From positions 3-64,002 of the IMG/VR virus record IMGVR_UViG_3300010163_000024: 64,000 nt of DNA; one strand, given 5' to 3'. Origin of the DNA: a virus. Its lineage: Duplodnaviria > Caudoviricetes. Below, piece after piece: positions 28,659 through 39,100 of the stretch. The notes beneath the pieces are model-generated. The model did no database searches. It was given only the letters and a program-made list of their open reading frames with translations, and was not told the DNA's origin. The position numbers and the translations under genes are program-made. Each line of letters opens with the position of its first letter. The stretch's first letter is position 1.

Positions 28659-28940
28659 TCAGGCGATAAAAAACCGCTTTATAGCGTTCATCCCTTTAAT
28701 ACGGCACATTGAAGCGTATAGGTCATTAGCAACAGAGTTAAGGTGGTTAACCTTTGCGCGTTGCGCGTTGTTGTATCGTTCATACGCGGCGTATGTTACA
28801 CGGTAATAGTATTCGTCTGTCGTGCCAGGTTCTTTGGAAGGCACAAGCTTGAATTTGCGCGGTGATGATTCCTTGCGTAATTCGTTCACAACTTTGGTGT
28901 ATTCGCTGTTGAGCGTTGCGAGTGTATTTTTTGCGTTCAT
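28659..28940 (-). CDS. Hypothetical phage protein
   Basis: Early-region ORF. Confidence 0.55.
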   Translation of the reverse strand: MNAKNTLATLNSEYTKVVNELRKESSPRKFKLVPSKEPGTTDEYYYRVTYAAYERYNNAQRAKVNHLNSVANDLYASMCRIKGMNAIKRFFIA

Positions 28941-28989
28941 TTCCTTTGCTTTTATTCGTTCGACTTACTTACCAAGCCAGGGTTTGACG

Positions 28990-29346
28990 CTATCTAATCG
29001 GCGCGAATTGCAAGCGTTTGTAAAAATCATTCCAATCAATCGCCCACACCGTCAGCACGTCCGCGCCCGGCGCGTTCACATCGTAGTGCGACAGTGTGCC
29101 GTATCGCTCGTGCAAGTCCTTGACCGTCGCGATTATGTAACCGCGCCCCGCCATCCATTCGCGCGCGATTTCGCGCATTTGACGATTGTGTTTGTTTGTT
29201 ATGCAATAATCCTTTAATGCCGCGGCGCGTGCCGTCATTCGCTTTGCGACGTTAATCCAATTCGTTAAAGTTAGATTGTCTACTCGTTTGCTTTTCATCT
29301 TTTCAGTTGTTTTTTTTATTTGACACCGGGCGGCATTGCCGCCCAC
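28990..29346 (-). CDS. Hypothetical phage protein
   Basis: Early-region ORF; the real start is probably internal (MKSKRV). Confidence 0.5.
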   Translation of the reverse strand: MGGNAARCQIKKTTEKMKSKRVDNLTLTNWINVAKRMTARAAALKDYCITNKHNRQMREIAREWMAGRGYIIATVKDLHERYGTLSHYDVNAPGADVLTVWAIDWNDFYKRLQFAPIR

Positions 29347-29387
29347 GCGCTCGGCCTAAGTCCTATTTTAAGCCGCCAAGCCGGCTA

Positions 29388-29594
29388 TTACTCATCTATA
29401 TAGACTCGTTCAATCATTAGAGATCTTTTCATATCGCACGCAAATATAACCGACTGGCGACATTTTAAATGTTCTTCACAACCTTTAAAGGTTGCGTGTA
29501 GTGATTCATTTACAACATTTCCGTTTTCATCTTTTTCGAGCAACTTATAAATAATAAAAAAGTAACCTCTTTTTTCCACTGATATAGTTTCCAT
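29388..29594 (-). CDS. First gene of the leftward early operon, hypothetical
   Basis: Directly downstream of a consensus promoter. Confidence 0.55.
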   Translation of the reverse strand: METISVEKRGYFFIIYKLLEKDENGNVVNESLHATFKGCEEHLKCRQSVIFACDMKRSLMIERVYIDE

Positions 29595-29663
29595 TTTTTA
29601 AATTGTTTAAAATATCCCGGTTCCGCCGGATCGGTGGGGGAGCCTTTCCCCCTTTCTTCAATA

Positions 29664-29694
29664 CAAATGTACTACTTTTTTTGTAAAACACAAA
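29664..29694 (-). promoter_or_regulatory. Consensus Bacteroidota promoter driving the early arm
   Basis: TTTG-N19-TACATTTG. Confidence 0.8.
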
Positions 29695-30365
29695 ATAAGT
29701 GCGACTATTTTTGTGCTGCTGCGCCTCGGAATTTAATTATATTTTTTACGTTTTTCATTAGTTTTGCCTATCGGCGCCGCCTGGCTCCCTGCCTCTGTTA
29801 TCCCGCTAACACTGTTATTCCGCTAACAGTAAACAAGGCAACTACCCCCTCCGCAATTATTAAAATTTTTTAATAACTATGACAATTGACATATTTTAAA
29901 TAATTTCAATAACTTAAGTGAATTAATAAAATTTCTTAAAGTGCATTGTTAGTGAAATAACAGTGTTTGTAACTTGTTGGTTCTCAATAGTACATTTTTT
30001 TTCCATATTTGATTATCAATAAGTTACAGGAAAATTTTCCAGACCCTCAAAAAAGTAGTACTTTCAATCATTACACGTACAATAACATCCGTTATTGTAC
30101 GTGTAAGTAATTGATATATAGCACACACAAGGGTACGCGGGGGTATCTTCCTCGTCAGTTTCCGTAGCGGAGGTGTGACTTTCAAAAATTTTTTGCTATA
30201 ATTTTGAGGTCCTATTCCGTAGGGTAGTTGAGTTGCTGTCATACCCTATTCAGGGCAAGAAAACAGAGGGATGCCGATAGTATTTACGTAATACGGGGCG
30301 GTAAATACGCATAATTAGGTAATAAACAGCAAGATACGACAAACAGGACGGTCCATAGTTAAGTT

Positions 30366-30652
30366 GTGTGACGATAATGTGACGAAAAACAGGTAGTTTT
30401 TGTTATCGTCACGTTTTTGTCACGCCTCTAATTTACTGATTTATGTATAGTTATATATACCTTGTGACGATGTGACAATAATATTGTGTAAAAAATAATT
30501 TTCTTACGCGCGGGTGCAAGGAAAGAAGATTGGCGAAATTTATCGTCACATCGTCACGGCCACTACTAACTTTTTGATTATCATTTTTTTGTTTGTGACT
30601 ATAATTTTTTGACCTTGTCGTTATCGTCACGTTTTTGTCACCTTATAGTCAC
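30366..30652. repeat. Iteron-like GTGAC/GTCAC array, putative replication origin
   Basis: About 12 TGTGAC(G)/(C)GTCAC motifs in paired, inverted arrangement; exact 22-bp direct repeat at 30402-30423 and 30620-30641; upstream of the D5/P4-type helicase. Confidence 0.7.
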
Positions 30653-30907
30653 ATTCTATCGGAGAACCCGACGCAATCCTACGGGAAGTGTAGGTAATTG
30701 CTTTACGTCGCAAAGATAAAAAATAGTTTTAAAAAAAACAATACCCCTAGGCACGGACTTTGCCAAACCCTACTTCGTTCCCGGCCACAAGAAAATCAAC
30801 GACCTGCTCATAATCCTACGGTAAGTCTTATGTAACTATCAGAGAGCGAAATATGGGCATTAGAGTGTCCCCTGCAAGTGGTGTTTTTTTGAGGATACTT
30901 CTTTTTA

Positions 30908-31162
30908 TTGAAAATAAATTATATGTTTGTAGCGGTTAACGAGAGAGACATGGGAGAGAAAAAGCGTAAAAATATGCGTTGCCCTCGGTATCGGAGGGTT
31001 TACAAGTACGACTTGTACGGCAAGTTGGTGTCTGAATATGCTGATTTGGAAACAGCTGCGCAAGACAGTGGCATTAGTATTGATGCTGTCAGGTTGAATC
31101 TTATCGGTCAGACGAAAGTATCGCGAGACGGATTTATTTATCGTTGGAGTAAACTGCAATAG
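30908..31162 (+). CDS. NUMOD1-domain small DNA-binding protein
   Basis: VYKYDLYGKLVSEYADLETAA...GFIYRW. Confidence 0.65.
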   Translation: MKINYMFVAVNERDMGEKKRKNMRCPRYRRVYKYDLYGKLVSEYADLETAAQDSGISIDAVRLNLIGQTKVSRDGFIYRWSKLQ

Positions 31163-31171
31163 GGGGGTGGT

Positions 31172-32638
31172 ATGAGTGAAGTAAAGAATACAGACTACGC
31201 TATCGACTACCTCGTGTCGGTACTTGAAAATGTCAATGGGTTAAGGGGATTTGAGGCTGATGCTACTAAGGTTGAGCAAAAGCCAGAATCTACATTGTGC
31301 TCTATTTTTAGGCGGTATCTTACAAGTTCGGAAGATAGTATAGAGCCAGTTTTCCTGAGTGCGGACGAGGATAAATACATATACATGTACGACGGGAAGT
31401 GTTACACGCCGGTTGATGTTAAGAACCTAAAGTATGTAATAATGACCGCAATGGAACGGCTAGAGATAAGTAATATATATTCAGTTAATTCGAGTAAAAA
31501 AATAGCGGAAAACTGTGCTTTGGTGTTGCAGTGTGATACGGACTTCATCTTTAAGCCTAACAGGCGGTATGCGATATTCGATAATTGCGTAATGGACTTA
31601 ATGGATTTCTCTCTTAAAGAGCATTCTATTGAGTTCCGTAGCGACTTGCGGTTTGGGTTTAGTTATAAGGCTAATGCGGAAAGTGCGTTATGGATTGAGA
31701 AACTCAATGAAACGATACCGGATAAGAGTATGCAGGACGCTCTACAAGAGTTTATGGGGGCGCTACTGGATTGTCGGGAGTTCAAGATAGAATATGCGCT
31801 GTTTATGATCGGCCCGGTGGGTCAAAACGGTAAGAGTTTGATTATAAACTCTATATTAAGCATGTTCGACCCGTCGTTGATATCGAATCATACGGCGGAT
31901 AAGTTGTTCAAGTCGGAGAAAAAGGAGTACTACATTGCGTCGTGCGATGGGAAAGTGTGCAACTATATTGATGACTTGGATTATAAGGATTTTTCCGGCG
32001 GTGATTTTAAGGCTTTTGTGTCGAATGATGCGATGTCGGCACGTTCTCCGTACGGCAGGCCGTTCAAGACGAAAAAACTGCCTAAATTGATATGCAATGC
32101 GAATGATATGCCGCCAATTACGGACGATTCGGGTGGCTTTGAGCGTCGTATTATGCCTATTCAGTGTCCTAATTTGCTTACGGAGGATAAAAAGGACGTG
32201 ACGCTTGAAAAGCGTATGAAAGAGGAACCCGTGCAACAGGCTATTTTCAACTGGATATTAGAGGGATACAAGCGTGTAGTGGCGAATAATGGCAAGATAC
32301 AGTTGTCGGAAACTATGAAGTCTATGCGTAGCGACATTATGGCGGATGTTAACTCGGCACGCAGGTGGGTTGAGGAAAGATGCTACTGCCCATGCGAGCC
32401 TAAGGGCGATTTTGATGAGAGATGGCGGTCTATGGTGGACATTATGAGGGAGTTCCAGCAGTTCTGTAAGGATTATGGCTATAATAGTGTGTCGGCAAAG
32501 GGTGTAGGCAGGGTGCTTAATAGGCTCGGATTCAAGAAGAAACACACTCGTACAGGTTCATTCTATTGTATTGATATACGGGAAGATATAAAGGAGGCGG
32601 AAGAGAAGATGAATGAGGCGGACGATCTGCCGTTCTGA
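31172..32638 (+). CDS. D5/P4-family SF3 helicase (phage/plasmid primase family)
   Basis: Walker A GPVGQNGKS, Walker B YIDD, motif C ICNAN, GGFERRI, C-terminal winged helix. Confidence 0.9.
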   Translation: MSEVKNTDYAIDYLVSVLENVNGLRGFEADATKVEQKPESTLCSIFRRYLTSSEDSIEPVFLSADEDKYIYMYDGKCYTPVDVKNLKYVIMTAMERLEISNIYSVNSSKKIAENCALVLQCDTDFIFKPNRRYAIFDNCVMDLMDFSLKEHSIEFRSDLRFGFSYKANAESALWIEKLNETIPDKSMQDALQEFMGALLDCREFKIEYALFMIGPVGQNGKSLIINSILSMFDPSLISNHTADKLFKSEKKEYYIASCDGKVCNYIDDLDYKDFSGGDFKAFVSNDAMSARSPYGRPFKTKKLPKLICNANDMPPITDDSGGFERRIMPIQCPNLLTEDKKDVTLEKRMKEEPVQQAIFNWILEGYKRVVANNGKIQLSETMKSMRSDIMADVNSARRWVEERCYCPCEPKGDFDERWRSMVDIMREFQQFCKDYGYNSVSAKGVGRVLNRLGFKKKHTRTGSFYCIDIREDIKEAEEKMNEADDLPF

Positions 32639-32737
32639 CAAAATGACGGTGTAAGTTCAACTTACACCGTATTAAATTTGGTGGTTTAGATAATTATGCT
32701 TATCTTTGTGGTATAAACAGCGACCACCACCGCTAAT

Positions 32738-33343
32738 ATGGATTTAGAATGTCCCCCTTTCGGATGCGTGGTGGCTCCGATTGGGGGCTTCTCTTTTATT
32801 ATGGAAATATTAGACAAGTTTACAAGCAAAGACGGTATAGATATAATTGTCTTTAAGAAGAATGGTATTGTTTACGTGAAGTCTCCGTCATATAAACACA
32901 CAGTAAGTTGTTATGATTTTTTAGCCCTCGCTATGAGACGTGTCGATGAATCTGATGCTTTTTCATTCGCGAGAGTGTTGGATAAATACTGTGTAGATGA
33001 TGATGTATATTGGGATTTGCGACTTGCCGTAATGCACTATATAATAGGATGTGAGAATAGAGAAAGATATAGTGATGCCTATAATGGAATCAAGACTTAT
33101 CTAATGTTAGATTCTAACACAGAATATACAAAAATAGGGAAAGCAAAAAATCCCCAAAAGAGAGAGCGCACACTACAATCTGAAAAACCGACAATATCAC
33201 TTATAAAAGTTTGTGAGACGTTAGTTGAGAGTGAACTTCATAAAAAATATGCTGATAAGAGAGTTAGAGTTGAATGGTTTAACTTATCGGAACAGGATAT
33301 TTCTGATATTGTAAAGGAATATGATTTTCACGATGTCAAATAA
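32738..33343 (+). CDS. GIY-YIG (T5orf172-type) domain protein
   Basis: TYLM...TKIGKAKNP..RERTLQ, ESELHKKY...RVRVEWF; own TATCTTTG promoter at 32701. Confidence 0.8.
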   Translation: MDLECPPFGCVVAPIGGFSFIMEILDKFTSKDGIDIIVFKKNGIVYVKSPSYKHTVSCYDFLALAMRRVDESDAFSFARVLDKYCVDDDVYWDLRLAVMHYIIGCENRERYSDAYNGIKTYLMLDSNTEYTKIGKAKNPQKRERTLQSEKPTISLIKVCETLVESELHKKYADKRVRVEWFNLSEQDISDIVKEYDFHDVK

Positions 33344-33357
33344 AGAACATTGAACGT

Positions 33358-33930
33358 ATGGAACCCACTAAAATCCCCCTCCGTCAAGCGCAGTTAATGA
33401 AGCGAATGGCATGGAACAACATACAGAAGTTGGAGCATAAAGTTCCGACGGCAGACGATAAAAGGCTGAATGATCTTGCAGTTCGGATGATTTTATTCGT
33501 TGCGTGCCTGAATTACGCGATGTACGATTTGGAAACCGACTTAAAAGCAGCCGGGAAGTTGCAGAATCAAAAGCAGCGCAGGTACTTTTATATGGCGCGG
33601 AGGATAGCAGGCAATGCGCACCAGACGGCATATAAGATGCTTGTAGCGGTTGATAACGGAGTAGGTCGTGAGTACAACAAGGCATTTGACCTTACGTGGA
33701 AAAAGATCGAGGATTGCATTTTATTGGACGGGCCGGAGAGGTCGTATAGCATAGTGTGTGCGTTATGCCGGCTTATCGGTTCATTGAATAAGGAGTTGGG
33801 TAGTCGGTACTACTTTGCGCCGGCAGGTCCGATTTCAAGGATTCCGCGCATAATGGACGTGCAAGGTATCGAGGATAAGGGCATTGATAGGATAATCGAC
33901 ATGAATGTTGATATAAATCACCTGTCTTGA
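33358..33930 (+). CDS. Hypothetical phage protein
   Basis: 190-aa ORF followed by a terminator. Confidence 0.6.
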   Translation: MEPTKIPLRQAQLMKRMAWNNIQKLEHKVPTADDKRLNDLAVRMILFVACLNYAMYDLETDLKAAGKLQNQKQRRYFYMARRIAGNAHQTAYKMLVAVDNGVGREYNKAFDLTWKKIEDCILLDGPERSYSIVCALCRLIGSLNKELGSRYYFAPAGPISRIPRIMDVQGIEDKGIDRIIDMNVDINHLS

Positions 33931-33934
33931 TTTA

Positions 33935-33968
33935 AAACCGTGACCTTTTGTCACGGTTTGTTTTTTTG
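33935..33968 (+). terminator. Intrinsic terminator
   Basis: AAACCGTGAC-CTTTT-GTCACGGTTT followed by a T-run. Confidence 0.7.
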
Positions 33969-33992
33969 TAGAAAAAACACTATCTTTGAAGC

Positions 33993-34397
33993 ATGGCACG
34001 AGGTTTAAGAAATAACAATCCCTTGAATATTGAAAAAAGCAAGGGAAATGCGTGGCAGGGGGAGATAATTCCGTCTGCGGATGGCCGTTTTTCACAGTTT
34101 AAAAGCATCGCTTACGGTTACCGGGCTGCATTTAAGCTATTGTATAACTATCAGCGGCGCTATGGGTTCAATCGGTTGGAAGATTTCATCAATCGTTGGG
34201 CGCCTCCGGTCGAGAATGACACGCGAGCGTATGTTGCTACTGTTGCTAAGCGTAGTGGGTTGTCGAGTGATTCGGTTATCGACACGAGAAACGGCGAGCA
34301 AATGTGTAAAATTGTATCGGCTATGTCGTATGTAGAAAATGGCATCCCGGCCAATGAGCATGATGTTATGGAGGGCTGGAAACTTTTTATGAAATGA
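33993..34397 (+). CDS. Putative endolysin (lysozyme-like, 'structural protein P5' type)
   Basis: RGLRNNNPLNI, F..F....YGYRA, I.RWAPP.EN.T.AY; first gene of the lysis cluster. Confidence 0.75.
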   Translation: MARGLRNNNPLNIEKSKGNAWQGEIIPSADGRFSQFKSIAYGYRAAFKLLYNYQRRYGFNRLEDFINRWAPPVENDTRAYVATVAKRSGLSSDSVIDTRNGEQMCKIVSAMSYVENGIPANEHDVMEGWKLFMK

Positions 34398-34657
34398 ATG
34401 CAATATTAAAAAATATCCTCGACAAACTCGGGAAAATCCCGGCGGATAAGCTGCTGCACTTTATTGCAGGTGCGCTAATAGCGGCGTTCTTTGCGCTGGT
34501 AGTGCCTACTGGTCGGCTGTGGTGCATCGGTCCTGTTGTATTGGCAGCGATCGCGAAAGAGATATACGACGAAGTCGACTATGGCGGTTTCGATTGGGCT
34601 GACATAGGTAGTACAGTTTTAGGAGGCCTTATTATTCAGGTGTTTGCGTGGGTATGA
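34394..34657 (+). CDS. Membrane protein, holin candidate
   Basis: DKLLHFIAG, KEIYD, DIGSTVLGG; 2-3 TM segments between lysin and spanin. Confidence 0.55.
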   Translation: MNAILKNILDKLGKIPADKLLHFIAGALIAAFFALVVPTGRLWCIGPVVLAAIAKEIYDEVDYGGFDWADIGSTVLGGLIIQVFAWV

Positions 34658-35121
34658 AATACATTCTCTTCCTTATCGCCGTTTCAGTTTGCTCCGCGAG
34701 TTGCTGTCCTTGTCGGAGCCTGACCTCTTCGACGGCTGACAGTGTTCGTGTGGAAACGGTGGTAAGGACAGAGTTTGTTAATGATACGGTATATATAGAC
34801 GTGCCTCGGGAAGTGGTGCGAGAGGTCGTGGAAGACAGTAGCTATTTAGAGACCGATTTCGCCCGTTCTGAGGCACGAATACTCCGGGATGGTAGATTGT
34901 ATCACTCTCTTGAAAACAAGGCAAAAAAACGGCCCGTAGAGGTCAAAAAAGAGATAGAGTACAGGGATAGTGTAGTCTGGAAAGAACGAGTTGTAAGAGA
35001 TATTGTAGAAGTAGAAAGGAAGCTGACGGTATGGCAGCGGACGCAGATGACGGGATTCTGGGTGTTTGTAACGGCAATAGTGGTGACGGTAGTGCTATGG
35101 TTAGGGAAGAAGTTGCGCTGA
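34654..35121 (+). CDS. Unimolecular spanin-like lipoprotein
   Basis: N-terminal signal with lipobox (SASC), beta-rich periplasmic part, C-terminal TM segment and basic tail. Confidence 0.7.
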   Translation: MKYILFLIAVSVCSASCCPCRSLTSSTADSVRVETVVRTEFVNDTVYIDVPREVVREVVEDSSYLETDFARSEARILRDGRLYHSLENKAKKRPVEVKKEIEYRDSVVWKERVVRDIVEVERKLTVWQRTQMTGFWVFVTAIVVTVVLWLGKKLR

Positions 35122-35170
35122 GTCCGCGAGAAAGCACGGATGCGACGGAATCGGACTTAACGTTTATTTA

Positions 35171-35440
35171 TTGGGAGCGATGAGGATTTTTTACAATAAC
35201 ATAATTCCTTTTAAGGGGTTTTCAGTAATAAACCTCTTTGGAGTTCTGTTTGCCCGTAAGTCGAGTAGGCCGATTACGCCGACAACTATCCGCCACGAGA
35301 AGATTCGTACCGCGCAGATGAAAGAGTTGCTGTATATAGGGTTTTATATTGCGTACTTTTTCGAGTGGGTGTATAGGCTTATAACGACAAAGAATGCTTA
35401 TCGTAGCATATCGTTTGAGAGAGAAGTATACGAGAATTAA
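35171..35440 (+). CDS. Conserved phage hypothetical protein
   Basis: IRHEKI, AYRSISFEREVY. Confidence 0.6.
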   Translation: MGAMRIFYNNIIPFKGFSVINLFGVLFARKSSRPITPTTIRHEKIRTAQMKELLYIGFYIAYFFEWVYRLITTKNAYRSISFEREVYEN

Positions 35441-35481
35441 AGATTTGTTAATTATTTACAAACGCGCAAGCATTTTGCGCA

Positions 35482-35694
35482 ATGGAGAAGAAAGGTATGA
35501 GGATTTTTCGTAAAACCGCAAAAGAGGAATTAGTTAATGAGCGGCAAGAGCAAAACAAGCCAGTCGAGCAGCCAGCCGACGAAAGTTACGGTGAAAGTGA
35601 AAGCATCACCGTCTTCAAAGGGCAAGGGAAGCGGAAAGGGGCTGTATCGGACAAGGGCAAAAGTATACACTCACCTAAACACGGGCAGGCGTAA
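35482..35694 (+). CDS. Hypothetical protein
   Basis: Packed ORF. Confidence 0.4.
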   Translation: MEKKGMRIFRKTAKEELVNERQEQNKPVEQPADESYGESESITVFKGQGKRKGAVSDKGKSIHSPKHGQA

Positions 35695-36108
35695 ATGACG
35701 GACGAGGAAAGAATTGTAAGCGTCATCAACATTGCACGGCGCGCGACAACTACGGTTAAGTTGTTGCCGTTTGTGTACGTGTTTGCATATGTCGTGTGCG
35801 CAGTCGCGTTTTTCTTTGTTGGCGACGAAACGCAAACGGTGTTGGATATGCTTTTCTATGTATCTCCGTTACAGATTGCTTTTTTGCTGATACTATCAAA
35901 GGTTTTCAAATTATGCAAATGGCATAAGTTAGAGTGTTCCCTACCTCTTTTATCGCAAGTATTCGTTTTAATAGATACTTTTCAGCCACTCGACGAATGG
36001 GGAGCAAAGATTAATGTAGCAGTAATCGGTGCTATGTTTGTTCTTTCGTTCGTCAACGCATATTTCATGTTTTGGCGCAAGACGCCTACCACACCTCGCC
36101 GCAATTGA
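35695..36108 (+). CDS. Membrane protein
   Basis: Four hydrophobic segments. Confidence 0.6.
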   Translation: MTDEERIVSVINIARRATTTVKLLPFVYVFAYVVCAVAFFFVGDETQTVLDMLFYVSPLQIAFLLILSKVFKLCKWHKLECSLPLLSQVFVLIDTFQPLDEWGAKINVAVIGAMFVLSFVNAYFMFWRKTPTTPRRN

Positions 36109-36170
36109 CGACGAGGCAGCAAACGTATTGTTTAATCATTGTCTGAAAAAGAAAGGTATGGAATCGGACA

Positions 36171-39100
36171 ATGATAAAAGATATAAAGGAAATCAACTTC
36201 CCCAATTACGCCACTCTCTCACAAGCGACGGTAAACATCGCCGACATGGGAGAGCGAACTATTACGACGCAGATCAAGATTGACGGCGATGTAATTCCCG
36301 ACTTTTCCTATGATTGGGAGGTTGAGTATAAGGGGGAGCGATACATACATACAGCTCGTACACCGCAAGCCTCAAAGGATAATACGTCGCGACGGACGAG
36401 CATCGACCTTACATTCAAACATTGGGTTATTGCCGAACTGCAAAGGTATTACTTTGTGGAAATGGCTTCAACAGATGCCGGAACTGCTGTTGCGGACAAG
36501 TACGAAGCGTCGCTCGGCCTTGCGCTCCCAGACTTTGTAAATGCCTTTAATAAGGTTCTCGACTACTATTTCAATGGAGATATTCGCATTGTATTGAATC
36601 CGGCTTGGGTAGCATCTCCGGAAGCGTCTTTCGTTGAGATAAACTACTCGTACTTGTGGGATGTACTGCAAAAGGTATACGAGATTTATGGTGTACGTTG
36701 GACTATTGAACCCGTCACAGGTGAATCACGGAAGTGCCTTATTAAGTTCGGCTACGACGCACCAGCCGAGGTATCGCATGTTTTTGAGTATGGCTACAAG
36801 GGCGGATTGCTGAAAGTCGAACGGCAGGTACAGAGCACCGACATCCGCAATATAATCTTTGGTCGAGGAGGAGACAAGAACTTGCCTTACCTATATTTCA
36901 AAGATTATGACAGGTTCGGTGTTGGAGCATCGGGAGATCCGAGCAATCCGAGTAATCCGAGCAATCCGAGTAATCCGAGTGATACAGACAGTTCAAGCAA
37001 AACAGAAACTATTAGCGGTGTTACTTCCGCTATAATTCCCTCAATTGCTAAACAAGAAAAGGAGACAATTATAACTACCTCTACAAACACTTTTGAGATT
37101 GCGGAGGGGAAGTCAGGTGTTCTTACGCCAGGTATTCCGGAGGCAACGGGATTCTATAAGTACGACCAAATATTGCAAGTTATAGAGATAGGCGGAGTAT
37201 TTCATGCTGTAATTGGAGGAACGAAAGCAGAAGTTGAGGTAGTATATATTGCCCTGGGGTCACCTTTTCTCCGTGTGTTTAACCTGACAACTGGTGACGA
37301 GGTGTCACCAGTTGCGATACCGCCCGGCGAGTATTATTATACATGGGAGAATGTGGTAACGAATAACTACACCGATACGATATACGATGTTAAGGTTACT
37401 CTCCCCTCGCTTACTCTTGTTACGGGTAGCGGCAACGTTATCGGCGCATCGCAGACAGGAAATAGGGGATTCCGACCTGACCCGGATGCTATACCTGAAT
37501 TGAATAATATTGCATTCACTGAGTTGCGGAGTAGCGAGTTTCGCGAGTATGTTCGCGGATGGAAAGCGGCGCACTATGGCGGAGAGATTCCTGCGGAACC
37601 AAGTGAAACGTTTATTAAGGGTTTGACGGACAAAAAGTTCGACCCTGTTGAGTATGTTAAGGACGACGATAGCATTGCAAAGTATGGCAAGTATTTAGGC
37701 GCATTAGATAAAAATGAAGAGATATACCCGTCTATTCAAGGTAGTGGTGTTGAGGACATTATTGCGGTAGAGGAACAAACGAGTGATGTTGTCGATGTTG
37801 ACACTAAAGGAACGAAAACAGAATCTATTGCTGGAGGTAAGTGGTCAGAAAAAATAATAGATCACAACAATGGCATTAGTTTTAGGATTCGTAAAGATTT
37901 TGCTATTCCAGAGGGCAAAGTCGGAGTAGTAAAGGGTCGAACAATAACTTTTAGTTGCACCGCAAACGGACGCTACTACAAAACAATATATCGTTTCACC
38001 GGTTTAGGTCCTTTGTTAAATGTAAATGGTTTCACCCAAGAGGGCTATGGAAGCATTGAGGACCTATTCAGTTTGGCAATAGCAGTATCAAAGATACAAA
38101 ATACTCGAACTCTTAAGTCCTATAACATTGGTGCCAAAGGGACAGATGGTATACCTACTGGCAATTATAAACTTTTAGTAGATATCGCAGCTCAGCGAAA
38201 ATCCACCGCGCCAACAATATACAATCTGTTGGTTGAATGTGCGGATTTCTCTCTTACGCACCAATACAAAGAAGACTATCAGTGGGATTCCCCGCATACT
38301 TTCAATATTTGGGTTAAGAATCTTTGGAATACCGAGAAACGTAATGATGAAACGGTCAAGCAGTATGCCGATCGGGTATGGTTCCCTATAATGGGACAGA
38401 ACGATGCCGAGATTACTTTCACTTCGGGTTTGTTGTCGATAAGCAGCGACTATCAATTTAAGATCATCAAGGGTGGTATTAATTATGACACAAGCAAGGT
38501 TTGCAACGGCGAGAAGTCGCATTGGAGGCTGACACTTGCAAAGAGCCAAGCTGAATACGAAACAACGGGTTTGCTTATCCCCAATACTCGCATAAACGCA
38601 AAAGCCGGCGACAGGTTTTTCTTTTCCAATGTTGAGTTGCCGCATCAGTATGTATTGTGGGCGGAGCAACGTTTACATGATTACAAGGTAGACCACCTTG
38701 AGCAAGTGTCGGATATTAAGCCGACGTGGGTAGTGTCTTTGGATAAGGTACGTTGCAATAACTTAGAGAGCGGTGAGGTTGTAAAGTTGATAGACCAGAT
38801 ACAGGTTGGTGCAGCTGTAAATATTTCGCATCCATTCCTTACGGATAAGCCCCATAACACGCTGTATGTTCAGTCGGCTACCTATACTTACGCCGAGCCG
38901 CAGCAAGATTCTCCGGCATTTTACCCTGATGTTGAGATTGTGCTATCCGACAAGATTGCGACCGTTACTAATCCTGTTTCTTTGATGCAGGGCGAGATAG
39001 ATGCACTGCGCAATCAGGTCGGAGGATCGTTGTCTAACATAGCACAGGTGGTCCGCGCTGTCGGCGACCGACTGTATCTACGCAAGGATGGCATATCCGA

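Noticed and set aside
29320-29385. GAGCGCGTGG plus hairpins as a fifth omega-RNA copy (also CCGCGTGG near 28180)
   Set aside because: They lack the GAA(A/G)CGCGAATA partner and the GGGGCAG linker shared by the four accepted copies.
30661-30895. Hairpin CGACG..CCTAC/GTAGG..CGTCG and CGTTCCCGG segment as an HDV-like/theta ribozyme
   Set aside because: I could not assemble the nested double pseudoknot and there is no adjacent tRNA; left unassigned.
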